Shown here: positions 10,284 to 19,417 of the stretch, piece by piece
Layout of the letters: every line of letters starts with the position of its first letter
Numbering within the stretch: the stretch's first letter is position 1
Notes under the pieces: model-generated
Told to the model about the DNA's origin: nothing
Database searches by the model: none
Seen by the model: the letters and a program-made list of their open reading frames with translations, nothing else
Source of the DNA: Bdellovibrio sp.
Lineage (GTDB): Bacteria; Bdellovibrionota; Bdellovibrionia; Bdellovibrionales; Bdellovibrionaceae
Direction: 5' to 3'
Length of the DNA stretch: 64,000 nucleotides
Assembly (NCBI GenBank): GCA_036677065.1
Contig: JAKFBS010000003.1
Span: 128,001 to 192,000, forward strand
Position numbers and translations under genes: made by a program

Positions 10284-13200
10284 GTGAAAAGTGGACGTAG
10301 GCAGATTAAGTTTCTGAACCATTACATTTTTATTTTTTTCGTGTTTACGCTGATGAACACGATGTTTGCTTTTGCGGGTCCTTCACGCACCACTTACCAA
10401 GCCAAAATTATTAAACCAGATGGTTATCCTCTTGAAGCTTCAAGCGTAAATTTCAAATTTACAATCTTAGATCCGGTAGGAAGTTGTATTCTGTATTCAG
10501 AAACTTATTCAAGCGTGAATATGTCGGCAACCAGTGGATTAATTTCTTTTGCTTTAGGTTCAGGGGTAAAAACTTATCCTGTTAGTGCAACAACTTTTGA
10601 ACAAGTTTTTTCTAACATCACGCCAAGTCTATCGTGTGATACCGGCGGGCCTGCGAATTATGCTCCGGCGGCGAGTGATAGCCGAAAAATCGTTATGCAA
10701 TTTCATGATGGCAATGGTTGGCAAACATTACCTGCGATGAGCATTAATGCTGTTCCGTACGCGATGTATGCCAATGACTCGTTATTGTTAAATGGCTTAC
10801 AAGCTACTGACTTCGTGCAAGTGTCAGTGGTGCCAACGTGTACAACCAGCGAAGCAATTCGTTACAACGGCACAAGCTTTTTATGTGTGGCTGTCGGCAG
10901 CGGTGGAGCAGTAACTTCTGGTTCAGTGATTTCGGCATTAGGTTACACGCCGGCAGATGGTGTAAGTGTGACAACGCTCACTTCAAATATTTCTACAGTG
11001 TCATCAACAGTATTTTCAGTTTCAAGCACAGTTACCAGTTTACAAAATTCAGTGGCAGCAAGCTTTGCAGCGGTCACAAGTTCGCAGTGGACGACATCCG
11101 GAACAAATATTTTTTATAATACGGGAAATATCGGTATCGGGACAAATGCGCCAAGTGCCGCATTAGAAGTTTCTGGAGGAATTAAACTTAGCGGTGCGAT
11201 AGCTACATTAGATATTCCTGAGACGACATCAACTACTGGTTATATCTCAATCAATGGTGAGCCGTTATTACATGCTTCTGAAGATTATAGTGTTTTCTTA
11301 GGAAGACGTGCCGGTAATCTTGCAGGTACGGGCGTACAGGATACAGGTATCGGTCACAAGGCCCTTAAGAGCATAACTTTCGGATATCAAAACGTGGCTG
11401 TTGGTGATTTTACAATGACTGATATGACAACGGGCGGAGAAAATACCGCAGTGGGCTCAGAGGCTTTAACTAACTCAGTCAGCGGTGTTGGAAATGTTGC
11501 TGTAGGTATTCAAACTCTTATGAATAACATGAGTGACGAAAATACCGTTGTCGGAGCGTACGCTCTCAATCGAGCGGGTAATGGTTCTAAAAATACGGGA
11601 ACCGGTTATGCCGTCATGAATATGCTGACGACAGGATCGAATAACGTCGGCGTCGGATGGATGGCCTTAAGAAATATTGATACAGGAAGTTCTAATATCG
11701 CTATCGGCTATAATGCCGGTTCTAATATCACGACGGGTTCTGGCAATGTGGTTATCGGTGGTAACACGGGAGCTACTTTTGCTACGGATTCAAATAATAT
11801 TTCTATTAACGATGGCGTGGGTAATGAAAGAATTCGCGTCGTTAGCTCTGGCTTAGTGGGTATCGGCACAACAACTCCGGTGACCAAACTAGATGTTTCC
11901 GGTGGAGTGCGTATCGGCGTAGAAACCGCATCGTGTGCCGCTGCTCTTGCCGGAACAATCAGATATAATGCAGGAAATGTTGAATATTGTAATGGCACTT
12001 CATGGTCAGCTTTTGGAGTATCCGGTGCAGGAATTACTAATTTTAACGGATCAACGAGCGGTACACAGTCGTTCGCTACAGGTACAGGGGGCACTGCCCC
12101 GAATTTCAACACTTCAAATGGAGTGCATACATTAAATATTCCGTTAGCTTCAACGGGCTCAGTGACTGCGGGTCTAATTTCAAATACGGATTACGCCACA
12201 TTCACTAATAAATTAAATGCCACAAGTGCTGCGGTGATTTCTGCACTTGGTTATACACCAGCAAATGATGCTGTTTCTGGAAGTTATACACTTAAAGCGA
12301 ATAATTTATCAGATCTTGCATCAGTGACTGCAGCGCGCACAAATTTAGGTCTTGGTGGTTTTGCAACAGCATCAACAATCGATTTAGGTTCAGCCAGTGC
12401 TACTGGAACTTTAGCGATGGCAAGACTGCCAAGCTTTATGGGTGATGCGACGATTGCGGCTGCATCAAATACAATTATTTTTGCTAACAGTGGTGTGACC
12501 AGTGGAATGTACACTAAAGTTTTGGTGAACGCTAAAGGTCTTGTGACCAGCGGAACTCAGTTAACTAATTCTGATATAACAACCGCCTTGGGTTATACTC
12601 CAGCCAATAGTGCGACGATCGTTTCTTCACAATGGAATACTTCAGGAACGACAATCAACTACATGAATGGCAACATCGGTATCGGGACAACGACTCCGCG
12701 TGCACGCCTTGATGTTTCAGGAAGTGTAGCTATTGGAAATCTTGCAGCCAACGATGCAGTCCTAACAATTTATACACGAGATAGTGGATCAGCTTCGCAT
12801 GGGGTTGTCCTTATCGATAAAGACGCTGGCTATGGATCATGGCAAAACCCATCGGGTCTTGACGGGATTGATGCGGATAGTTCGGGAACAGTCACAGGTT
12901 GGGGTCCACTTTATTTAAACTATTATTCAACTGACAATATTGATTTTAATAATGGTGGTGGGTACTCAGCATTTAATGGTCGCGTTTCTGTTGGAACGGG
13001 AGACGCGCCAACAGCGAAACTGTATATTGCAGGAGGAACTTCTTCGACGGCAGCTTTAAAATTCGTTTCTGGCACATTGTTAACTACGCCACAAATAGGA
13101 GCTGTAGAGTATGATGGATTTAATTTTTATATCACCGATGGTACGAGCACTCGCAGAGCTATTACTACTAGCTCTAGCTCTGGAACAATAAATAACGTTA

Positions 13201-15377
13201 ACAACATTAATGCTTCGACTAACATGACGTTGACGCCGGTAGGATCAGTCGTTGTTTCTGCAACGACGGCATCAACTAATTCATCAACCGGAGCATTAAT
13301 TGTGAATGGTGGTGCTGGTATTGCCGGCGCACTGAATGTCAGTGGTATAATTAGTGGTTCAGCGATGATCAAGGGCACAGGTTTTAGAGCTAATCAAGGA
13401 GCACCTGATGCGGCCGATAGTTCAACTGTTGGTTATGCCTTTGGCCAAGATGGTGATACGGGAATTTTTTCGCCAGGTTCTGGTACTGCCAATGGAATCA
13501 TTTCATTTTATAATAACAACGCTGAAACCATGCGAATTAATCCGGGTGCGGTTGGTATCGGAACAAGTAATCCAAGTTTTCCTTTAGATATTCAAGGCAG
13601 TAATGCTTTTCAACAAAGAATCTACCACGCTTCAAATAACGCCAATGATGATGCAGCGATTATGATGACACGTACGCGCGGAACTACATCAGCAGCAGCA
13701 GGTGTGCAAAGTGGCGATTCGATCGGTGGCATGTATTTTAGAGCGCATGATGGCACAAATACAAATACTACCAATGCTTATATTGAAGTTGAAGCGGGTG
13801 AAACGCATTCGCCGACAAATCGCGGATCAATTATGACTTTTGCAAGTACGATTGCAAGTGCTGCGACTAATACAGAAATCATGCGTATTCACTCGAATGG
13901 TTATGTCGGTATCGGTTCAACAGCTCCGAATGCACTTTTACAAGTGGGGCCGACCGGAAGCCAAGCGACAAATTACAATGTCTATGTCGGAAGCTATAAT
14001 AGTTCAGCGGGACAAGGTTCGTATGTTGGTAACTGGGCAAGTAGCGTCTATTGGGGGCTTGGACCTGCAACTGCAGCATCCGATAATACCTTACGTTTAG
14101 GTAATGCCGCTGATCGCATCGGAACTTGGTCAGGAACACAAAATTTAAATTTAGTGATGGGTGGAAATCTTTCTGTGGGTTCGGGCACGGCTGCAACTTA
14201 TAAATTTTTAGCAACGAAAAATTTTAACGGTGTTTCCAGTGAAACAGCCGCGTTTATCGGTGGTACAGATGCTGGCACAGCTAATACGGGTATCTATGTG
14301 GTGCAAAAAGATAATTTAGGTTTATCAACCAATACCAGTTACCTCCTCAATGTAGTTCATAATAACAATTCTAAATTTTTAGTCACTGGCGCAGGTAATG
14401 TTGGTATCGGCACGACGAGTCCAGATAAACAGTTAACAATACACTCAACCGGTGTAGATAATTATATTCACTTAACATCAAGCATGACAGGTACAACAGC
14501 GTTAGACGGGGTGATGATCGGCACAGGGTCTTCTGGTGATGCTGCTTTCTACAATAGGGAAAGTACAAATATGTTATTCTTAACGAGTAATACAGAGCGA
14601 GTGCGAATTGATCCAACTGGCAACGTAGGTATTGGAACAAGTTCGCCGACCGTTGCTTTGGATGTCAAAGGGTGGATGTTGTCGCAACCCACGGGAGCGA
14701 ATAATTCAGGTTTACAAATTGTGACGTCTGGAACTAAAGTGGCCGCGACTGGACATGCGGGATGGGCTATTCGCGGTAACGATATTGTTTCACCTTATAA
14801 TGGAAATGTCGGCGGATCACTTGCTTATGAATCTTGGACGGGAACAGTCGTAACTCAAGTCATGACTTTAACTCCTACGGGTAACATCGGTATCGGAACA
14901 TCATCTCCAACCACCACCTTACACGTTAACGGAACTGTGCGCGTGGTTGACGGTAATCAAGCAGTCGGCCGCATGTTAGCATCTGATGCGAGCGGCAATG
15001 CCGCGTGGAAACAAACTATTATTCACGGCACGATCACTTCGACAGGGAATTCTTCAACAGCGATTGGTCAGCGTGTATCATCAGGTGTGAGTATTACTCT
15101 TCCTCCGGGAAGATGGAGCATCACGGGAATGGGAATTACCTCAGCTGCTTCTTGTCGCGCCGATTTTGGTATTCGCACGTTAGCCGATGCCATAGTGAAA
15201 TATACGCTGATGCCACCGGCCACTGGAGATTTTCAAACTGCGACAGTTACAGGTTACGTAGATATTGCAGTGGCAACGACTTATGAATTATACATTGGCT
15301 CGCGTGCCGCATGTACTTCGACAATTCATGTTGATAATTCGTTATGGGAACTGACCGCAACCGGTGTTGCTTACTAG
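10284..15377 (+). CDS. Second MAT-type fibre adhesin (paralog), with NxAxG beta-roll-like repeats and no S74 domain
   Basis: N-terminal ~280 aa are highly similar to the 3692 protein; start moved to the in-frame GTG 10284, which is homologous to GTG 3692. GNVGIGT repeats, NTAVGSEAL-type repeats at ~11310-11800, different C-terminal tip (ITLPPGRWSITG...). Confidence 0.82.
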   Translation: MKSGRRQIKFLNHYIFIFFVFTLMNTMFAFAGPSRTTYQAKIIKPDGYPLEASSVNFKFTILDPVGSCILYSETYSSVNMSATSGLISFALGSGVKTYPVSATTFEQVFSNITPSLSCDTGGPANYAPAASDSRKIVMQFHDGNGWQTLPAMSINAVPYAMYANDSLLLNGLQATDFVQVSVVPTCTTSEAIRYNGTSFLCVAVGSGGAVTSGSVISALGYTPADGVSVTTLTSNISTVSSTVFSVSSTVTSLQNSVAASFAAVTSSQWTTSGTNIFYNTGNIGIGTNAPSAALEVSGGIKLSGAIATLDIPETTSTTGYISINGEPLLHASEDYSVFLGRRAGNLAGTGVQDTGIGHKALKSITFGYQNVAVGDFTMTDMTTGGENTAVGSEALTNSVSGVGNVAVGIQTLMNNMSDENTVVGAYALNRAGNGSKNTGTGYAVMNMLTTGSNNVGVGWMALRNIDTGSSNIAIGYNAGSNITTGSGNVVIGGNTGATFATDSNNISINDGVGNERIRVVSSGLVGIGTTTPVTKLDVSGGVRIGVETASCAAALAGTIRYNAGNVEYCNGTSWSAFGVSGAGITNFNGSTSGTQSFATGTGGTAPNFNTSNGVHTLNIPLASTGSVTAGLISNTDYATFTNKLNATSAAVISALGYTPANDAVSGSYTLKANNLSDLASVTAARTNLGLGGFATASTIDLGSASATGTLAMARLPSFMGDATIAAASNTIIFANSGVTSGMYTKVLVNAKGLVTSGTQLTNSDITTALGYTPANSATIVSSQWNTSGTTINYMNGNIGIGTTTPRARLDVSGSVAIGNLAANDAVLTIYTRDSGSASHGVVLIDKDAGYGSWQNPSGLDGIDADSSGTVTGWGPLYLNYYSTDNIDFNNGGGYSAFNGRVSVGTGDAPTAKLYIAGGTSSTAALKFVSGTLLTTPQIGAVEYDGFNFYITDGTSTRRAITTSSSSGTINNVNNINASTNMTLTPVGSVVVSATTASTNSSTGALIVNGGAGIAGALNVSGIISGSAMIKGTGFRANQGAPDAADSSTVGYAFGQDGDTGIFSPGSGTANGIISFYNNNAETMRINPGAVGIGTSNPSFPLDIQGSNAFQQRIYHASNNANDDAAIMMTRTRGTTSAAAGVQSGDSIGGMYFRAHDGTNTNTTNAYIEVEAGETHSPTNRGSIMTFASTIASAATNTEIMRIHSNGYVGIGSTAPNALLQVGPTGSQATNYNVYVGSYNSSAGQGSYVGNWASSVYWGLGPATAASDNTLRLGNAADRIGTWSGTQNLNLVMGGNLSVGSGTAATYKFLATKNFNGVSSETAAFIGGTDAGTANTGIYVVQKDNLGLSTNTSYLLNVVHNNNSKFLVTGAGNVGIGTTSPDKQLTIHSTGVDNYIHLTSSMTGTTALDGVMIGTGSSGDAAFYNRESTNMLFLTSNTERVRIDPTGNVGIGTSSPTVALDVKGWMLSQPTGANNSGLQIVTSGTKVAATGHAGWAIRGNDIVSPYNGNVGGSLAYESWTGTVVTQVMTLTPTGNIGIGTSSPTTTLHVNGTVRVVDGNQAVGRMLASDASGNAAWKQTIIHGTITSTGNSSTAIGQRVSSGVSITLPPGRWSITGMGITSAASCRADFGIRTLADAIVKYTLMPPATGDFQTATVTGYVDIAVATTYELYIGSRAACTSTIHVDNSLWELTATGVAY

Positions 15378-15472
15378 TAGTTCGTCCAGATCAAACAAGA
15401 TCACTATTAAATAAAATTTAACCTAGTACCAACGTCTTGTTTCGGGATTCCACTTTTCACGAACAAAAAACC

Positions 15473-15530
15473 TATTGTCGACAATATAACCAACTTTGGT
15501 CGGTTTATTAAATTGAGAAAAAACCGATAC
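15473..15530 (+). promoter_or_regulatory. 14-bp palindrome and sigma-28-like -10 box upstream of the motAB-like operon
   Basis: Perfect palindrome TATTGTCGACAATA (15473-15486), ACCGATAC (15523-15530), then GGGGAGA RBS before ATG 15550. Confidence 0.4.
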
Positions 15531-15549
15531 GTACATAGGGGAGAATCTC

Positions 15550-16389
15550 ATGAATTCATCTGTTTTTATCGGCCTTATCGCGTGTTGTACCGTCGTTTAC
15601 TTCGGTATTATTCACGGTTTAAGTGCTCCGACAATGTTGTTAAATCCGCATGCTCTTATTCTCGTAATGGGCGGAACAGTCGCGATCACACTTTTTTCAT
15701 ACTCGTTTGAAAAAATCTCTGAAGTTTGGAACTTCGTGAACAATGGTTTCTTTTTTAAGAAAACTAAAAAAGACGTTGCCATGATCGAAGATCTTTTAGT
15801 GACTGTGAAAAATTGGTATAACAATTCATGGTATCAAAATTCTAGTAATCACCCCTTTGTAAATGATTCTTTCAGAATTTTAAATGAAGCTGATATCTCT
15901 GCGGCCGATGTGACTCACATTTTACATGCACGCCGTGATGCTGTTTCTAGAAAATACTTTGAAGATGCAAAAGTTTTAAATAACATCGCTAAGTATCCTC
16001 CCCATTTAGGATTACTAGGAGCTTCTTCTGGTATGATTCAGATGATGGTAAGTCTTGGCAAGGGTGGTATCGAAGTTATTGGTGGCGCTATGGCCGTTGC
16101 ATTAACAGCGACTCTTTGGGGTATCTTCTTAAATAACTTTATCTTTTTACCATTATCAGATTCTGCGACTAAAGCTGCAGAAGATGAAATGTATATTCGT
16201 AACATGATCGTTGAAGCCGTGATTTTAATTAAACGCGGACACCCTGAAAAAGTTGTAACAGAAACTGTTGTTTCTCGCTTGTCAGCACCTCAACGTATTG
16301 CGCTTAAATCTAAATTTAAACAATTACAAAATGGCGGAGCGATTCCGGCTTACAAAGGCAAAAAAGGCCAAGCGGATAAAGCAGCATAA
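15550..16389 (+). CDS. MotA/PomA-like ion-channel subunit (MotA/TolQ/ExbB superfamily), atypical
   Basis: N-terminal TMs with NPHALILVMGGT; HPF; C-terminal TMs YPPHLGLLGASSGMIQMM and IGGAMAVALTATLWGIFLNNFIFLPL. Confidence 0.85.
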   Translation: MNSSVFIGLIACCTVVYFGIIHGLSAPTMLLNPHALILVMGGTVAITLFSYSFEKISEVWNFVNNGFFFKKTKKDVAMIEDLLVTVKNWYNNSWYQNSSNHPFVNDSFRILNEADISAADVTHILHARRDAVSRKYFEDAKVLNNIAKYPPHLGLLGASSGMIQMMVSLGKGGIEVIGGAMAVALTATLWGIFLNNFIFLPLSDSATKAAEDEMYIRNMIVEAVILIKRGHPEKVVTETVVSRLSAPQRIALKSKFKQLQNGGAIPAYKGKKGQADKAA

Positions 16390-16391
16390 TT

Positions 16392-17513
16392 ATGAATCAA
16401 GACGAAAACAACTCTATACCAATTGATGATCAAAACGTTTCCGAAGCAGACACTGCTTCGGGTTTCGAATTTGATCCCAAGCCACATGCTGTAGAAAATC
16501 ATGGTCAAGACGATCATTTTGATTCTGCCTTTGGCGGCGGTCACGGCGCGGGTAATGCCCATGCCGGTGGCGGTGGCCATGGTACTGAGATGGGTTGGTT
16601 AGTAAGTTATGCGGATATGATGACCTTGTTATTTGGTCTGTTCGTGTTGTTATACACAATGTCTTCTACGACCTCGAAAGGTCAGATGGAAGAACAAATG
16701 AAAAAAATCTCTGAAGAAGCTTTTGGCGGGGCGATTAGTGCTACTGACCTTAAAGAAGTTTCTCCGGATCAAATGGTTGAAAAACTTTTAGAAAAAAACA
16801 AACAGTTAGCCAAAGATTTACAAAAATCTCAGGAAATCGTTGAAGTTAAAAAAGATCTTACAGTTACAGAAACTGAAAAGAAACAGTTAGAGCAAAAAAT
16901 CGACGAATTACAAAAACGTATGCAAGAGCAGTTAACTGTTCAGACTGAACAAACTAAAGAAGTTGAAGAACAAAAGCGCCAGTTAGCTTCTGTGAATGAC
17001 ACTTCGGTAAAAGTTCAGACTGTGACGATTGAAAATCAAAAGATTAAACAAGAATTAGAAAAAACAATTCAAAAACAAAAAGAGTTAGTTGAGAAAATGA
17101 AGGATATGATCCCGAAAGATCAAATCACGCAAAATCCAAACAATTTTTTAATGATCAGTACGACATGGGCTTCTGAAAAGCATGATATCGATTTAGAAAT
17201 CATTGATGTGAATAATAAAAAATTCAATTTTAAGAAAAAAAGCTACGGTGGGGTTGACGGTCAATTTGAAATTGATAGCCGTTATGGCCCGGGTTTAGAA
17301 ATGTGGAAAACACCTAAATTACAAGCTGGCAAATACAAAGTAAAAGTCACTCTTTACAATACCAACGGTAACGATGCTCCTGCAGAAGTGCAAGCCAGTG
17401 TGATTACTGTGACTGAAAACTTAAAACTTCCAATGATTACTTTATCTAAAACAGACAAAACAAAAGAAGTTCGAATTAACGTCGACGAAAAGGGTAAGAT
17501 AACGCTTGAGTAA
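16392..17513 (+). CDS. MotB-like subunit (TM with conserved Asp), long coiled coil, and a YfaP/DUF2135-like C-domain instead of the OmpA domain
   Basis: WLVSYADMMTLLFGLFVLLY (Asp75); coiled coil ~aa125-240; C-terminal W..EKHDIDLEIID...IDSRYGPGLE...GKYKVKV.LY; no GHTD/LSxxRA/NRRV motifs. Confidence 0.78.
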   Translation: MNQDENNSIPIDDQNVSEADTASGFEFDPKPHAVENHGQDDHFDSAFGGGHGAGNAHAGGGGHGTEMGWLVSYADMMTLLFGLFVLLYTMSSTTSKGQMEEQMKKISEEAFGGAISATDLKEVSPDQMVEKLLEKNKQLAKDLQKSQEIVEVKKDLTVTETEKKQLEQKIDELQKRMQEQLTVQTEQTKEVEEQKRQLASVNDTSVKVQTVTIENQKIKQELEKTIQKQKELVEKMKDMIPKDQITQNPNNFLMISTTWASEKHDIDLEIIDVNNKKFNFKKKSYGGVDGQFEIDSRYGPGLEMWKTPKLQAGKYKVKVTLYNTNGNDAPAEVQASVITVTENLKLPMITLSKTDKTKEVRINVDEKGKITLE

Positions 17514-19416
17514 CGAAAGAATCACTCTTTCATTCAAATTAACGTTTTGGCAGAAATTAAAAATTTCTGCCACCTGCCTTTTATTGGTTGCGGGTACTTC
17601 GTGTTCACAAGCTCCGTCTGAAGAAGAACTTTCTGAGGCAGAAACAACTCTTGATTGTGATCTGGTTGTGAATTCTGGAACGGCAACCACTGAACTTTGT
17701 ATTAACCGCACAGCGGGTCACTATGTTTATCCAGATCAATACGGTGGCCGTTTTGATGCGTCTTCAAATAATGTTACAGCGCCAAGTGGTGTCGGTAATG
17801 TCGCGATACCAACTGGTTGGTATGGAGCCATCGGGTTAGTTACTTTTTCTGATCCGGTTATTTCTGGTGGTAATACAGCTCTTATTAAGGCTGCAGTTAA
17901 TATATTTGGCATTAACGGATCTCTGGTAACTACTGCAGAAGCGGCATGTATTTTAACAAATGATGCTACTCCATTAGGTGTGGATTGTTCGGCTGCGCGT
18001 GACGATTATTTTTATCTTTCAGCTTACGGCGGTCGTTCATTTAATTGTACGAATATCAACCAAGCGACGACTAACACACAAGTTTGTTACGTTAATACGA
18101 CAGGTGTTCGCGTAACCGCAAGTTTACCAAGTGGTTCTGGCTCATCTGCAGATTGTGCTGTCGAAGGACAACAAGGTGCAGCTTGTCGTGGTAACGTGGC
18201 TACTTACAGATACTCGACAGCTTTTGGCGGTCGTTCTTTATTATGCCAAATCGGTCTTAACGCAAACCCGTGTTGGTTAGATCAAACAGGTTATATCGTT
18301 TCATTAGCTGACGGCAGCAATGCGTGTACTGATAATGCATTAAATGCGGGTGCTTGTGACACCCAACCGGGCCGTTACGTTTACGATTTCGAATACGGTG
18401 GCCGCGCCGCAAATTGTACCAATGATGTTAACGGATCGTGTTTTGTGACGGCGAGTACAAAACAAATTTTAGAACCTAACTTAGAATCAGATAACATTCG
18501 TAATAATATTACGATCTTCGGTATTACCGGAACATTCTCTGGTAATGGTGACTGGGGTTCAGGGGCGCATCGTAATATTGATACTCCGCAAATTGGTTCG
18601 GCTGCTGAAGCTGGTCAATATGCAGGTAATGGCTCATTGCCGAATTTACCTTCAGGTTATCGTACGGTTCCAAAAATTGCGTATGATGATGATGGTTTTG
18701 ATACATCAAATTTAAATTTAGAAGCCGTTGACCGCACGGGTTGGGGAACAACTTCATGCGGGATAGCTGACGACACAGTTGTAGAACGCATTACAGATTG
18801 CAGTACTGTATTTGGAGCGAATGCCCGCTGGAACGGGGCTTCAAGTGGTAATGCTTCACAAGGCATTTGGCAATTAGTCAGCCGTTCTGGCGCAAAATCA
18901 GGAAGCAAAGGCCGCGAAGTTTGGCGTGATGAACGCACGGGTTTATTATGGAGTTCAGTGATCGGAACTGCGACCAACTGGTGTAAAGCTTCAGGCAGCA
19001 GTAACGCAACAAATGTGTCTGCATCAATTAAAGAAGCCGATGTTTCAAGTATTTGTGATTCAGGAACATATCAAAATCAGACAACAGCGATCAGCGGTTG
19101 TTTTGAAGCGGCCGGTTTTACAACAACAGATGCTTCAATTGATATTTTAGGTAAGGTCGCAATGGATCTTGCGGGATCACCGACAGCTCCAAAGGTTGCT
19201 TGGCGTTTACCATCATTATATGATTACGAAATTGCTGACGCCAACGGATTACGTTTTGTTTTGCCAGATATTGGTGTTAACGGAAATCTTGATGAATGGA
19301 CAGCGACACTATCTTCTTCAATCCGGTCTCGCGCATGGATATATAACGGAGCACAGGGCGTGCATTCGACAAAAGCGCGAACTTTAACTTCAGCTTTCAG
19401 ATGTGTGGGAAGGTAA
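17506..19416 (+). CDS. Cys-rich putative lipoprotein with YGGR repeats, fibre-like motifs and DUF1566/Lcl-like C-terminal domain
   Basis: Lipobox-like LVAGTSC; 4 (Y/F)GGR repeats; NIRNNITIFGITG; WRDERTGLLWS...WRLPS...FRCVGR. Confidence 0.65.
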   Translation: MSNERITLSFKLTFWQKLKISATCLLLVAGTSCSQAPSEEELSEAETTLDCDLVVNSGTATTELCINRTAGHYVYPDQYGGRFDASSNNVTAPSGVGNVAIPTGWYGAIGLVTFSDPVISGGNTALIKAAVNIFGINGSLVTTAEAACILTNDATPLGVDCSAARDDYFYLSAYGGRSFNCTNINQATTNTQVCYVNTTGVRVTASLPSGSGSSADCAVEGQQGAACRGNVATYRYSTAFGGRSLLCQIGLNANPCWLDQTGYIVSLADGSNACTDNALNAGACDTQPGRYVYDFEYGGRAANCTNDVNGSCFVTASTKQILEPNLESDNIRNNITIFGITGTFSGNGDWGSGAHRNIDTPQIGSAAEAGQYAGNGSLPNLPSGYRTVPKIAYDDDGFDTSNLNLEAVDRTGWGTTSCGIADDTVVERITDCSTVFGANARWNGASSGNASQGIWQLVSRSGAKSGSKGREVWRDERTGLLWSSVIGTATNWCKASGSSNATNVSASIKEADVSSICDSGTYQNQTTAISGCFEAAGFTTTDASIDILGKVAMDLAGSPTAPKVAWRLPSLYDYEIADANGLRFVLPDIGVNGNLDEWTATLSSSIRSRAWIYNGAQGVHSTKARTLTSAFRCVGR

Positions 19417-19417
19417 T

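Noticed and set aside
3692..15377. Prophage tail-fibre genes
   Set aside because: Both proteins have signal peptides and no capsid, terminase, tail or integrase genes are nearby; they fit host MAT-type adhesins.
16392..16595. His/Gly-rich MotB N-tail as a special metal sensor
   Set aside because: His/Gly runs before the MotB TM Trp are common in the family, so the sequence alone does not support a special function.
15550..17513. Zorya (ZorAB) defence system or ordinary flagellar stator
   Set aside because: No long ZorA tail, no OmpA domain on the B subunit and no zorC/D/E; the FliG-contact and peptidoglycan-binding motifs of flagellar stators are also absent.
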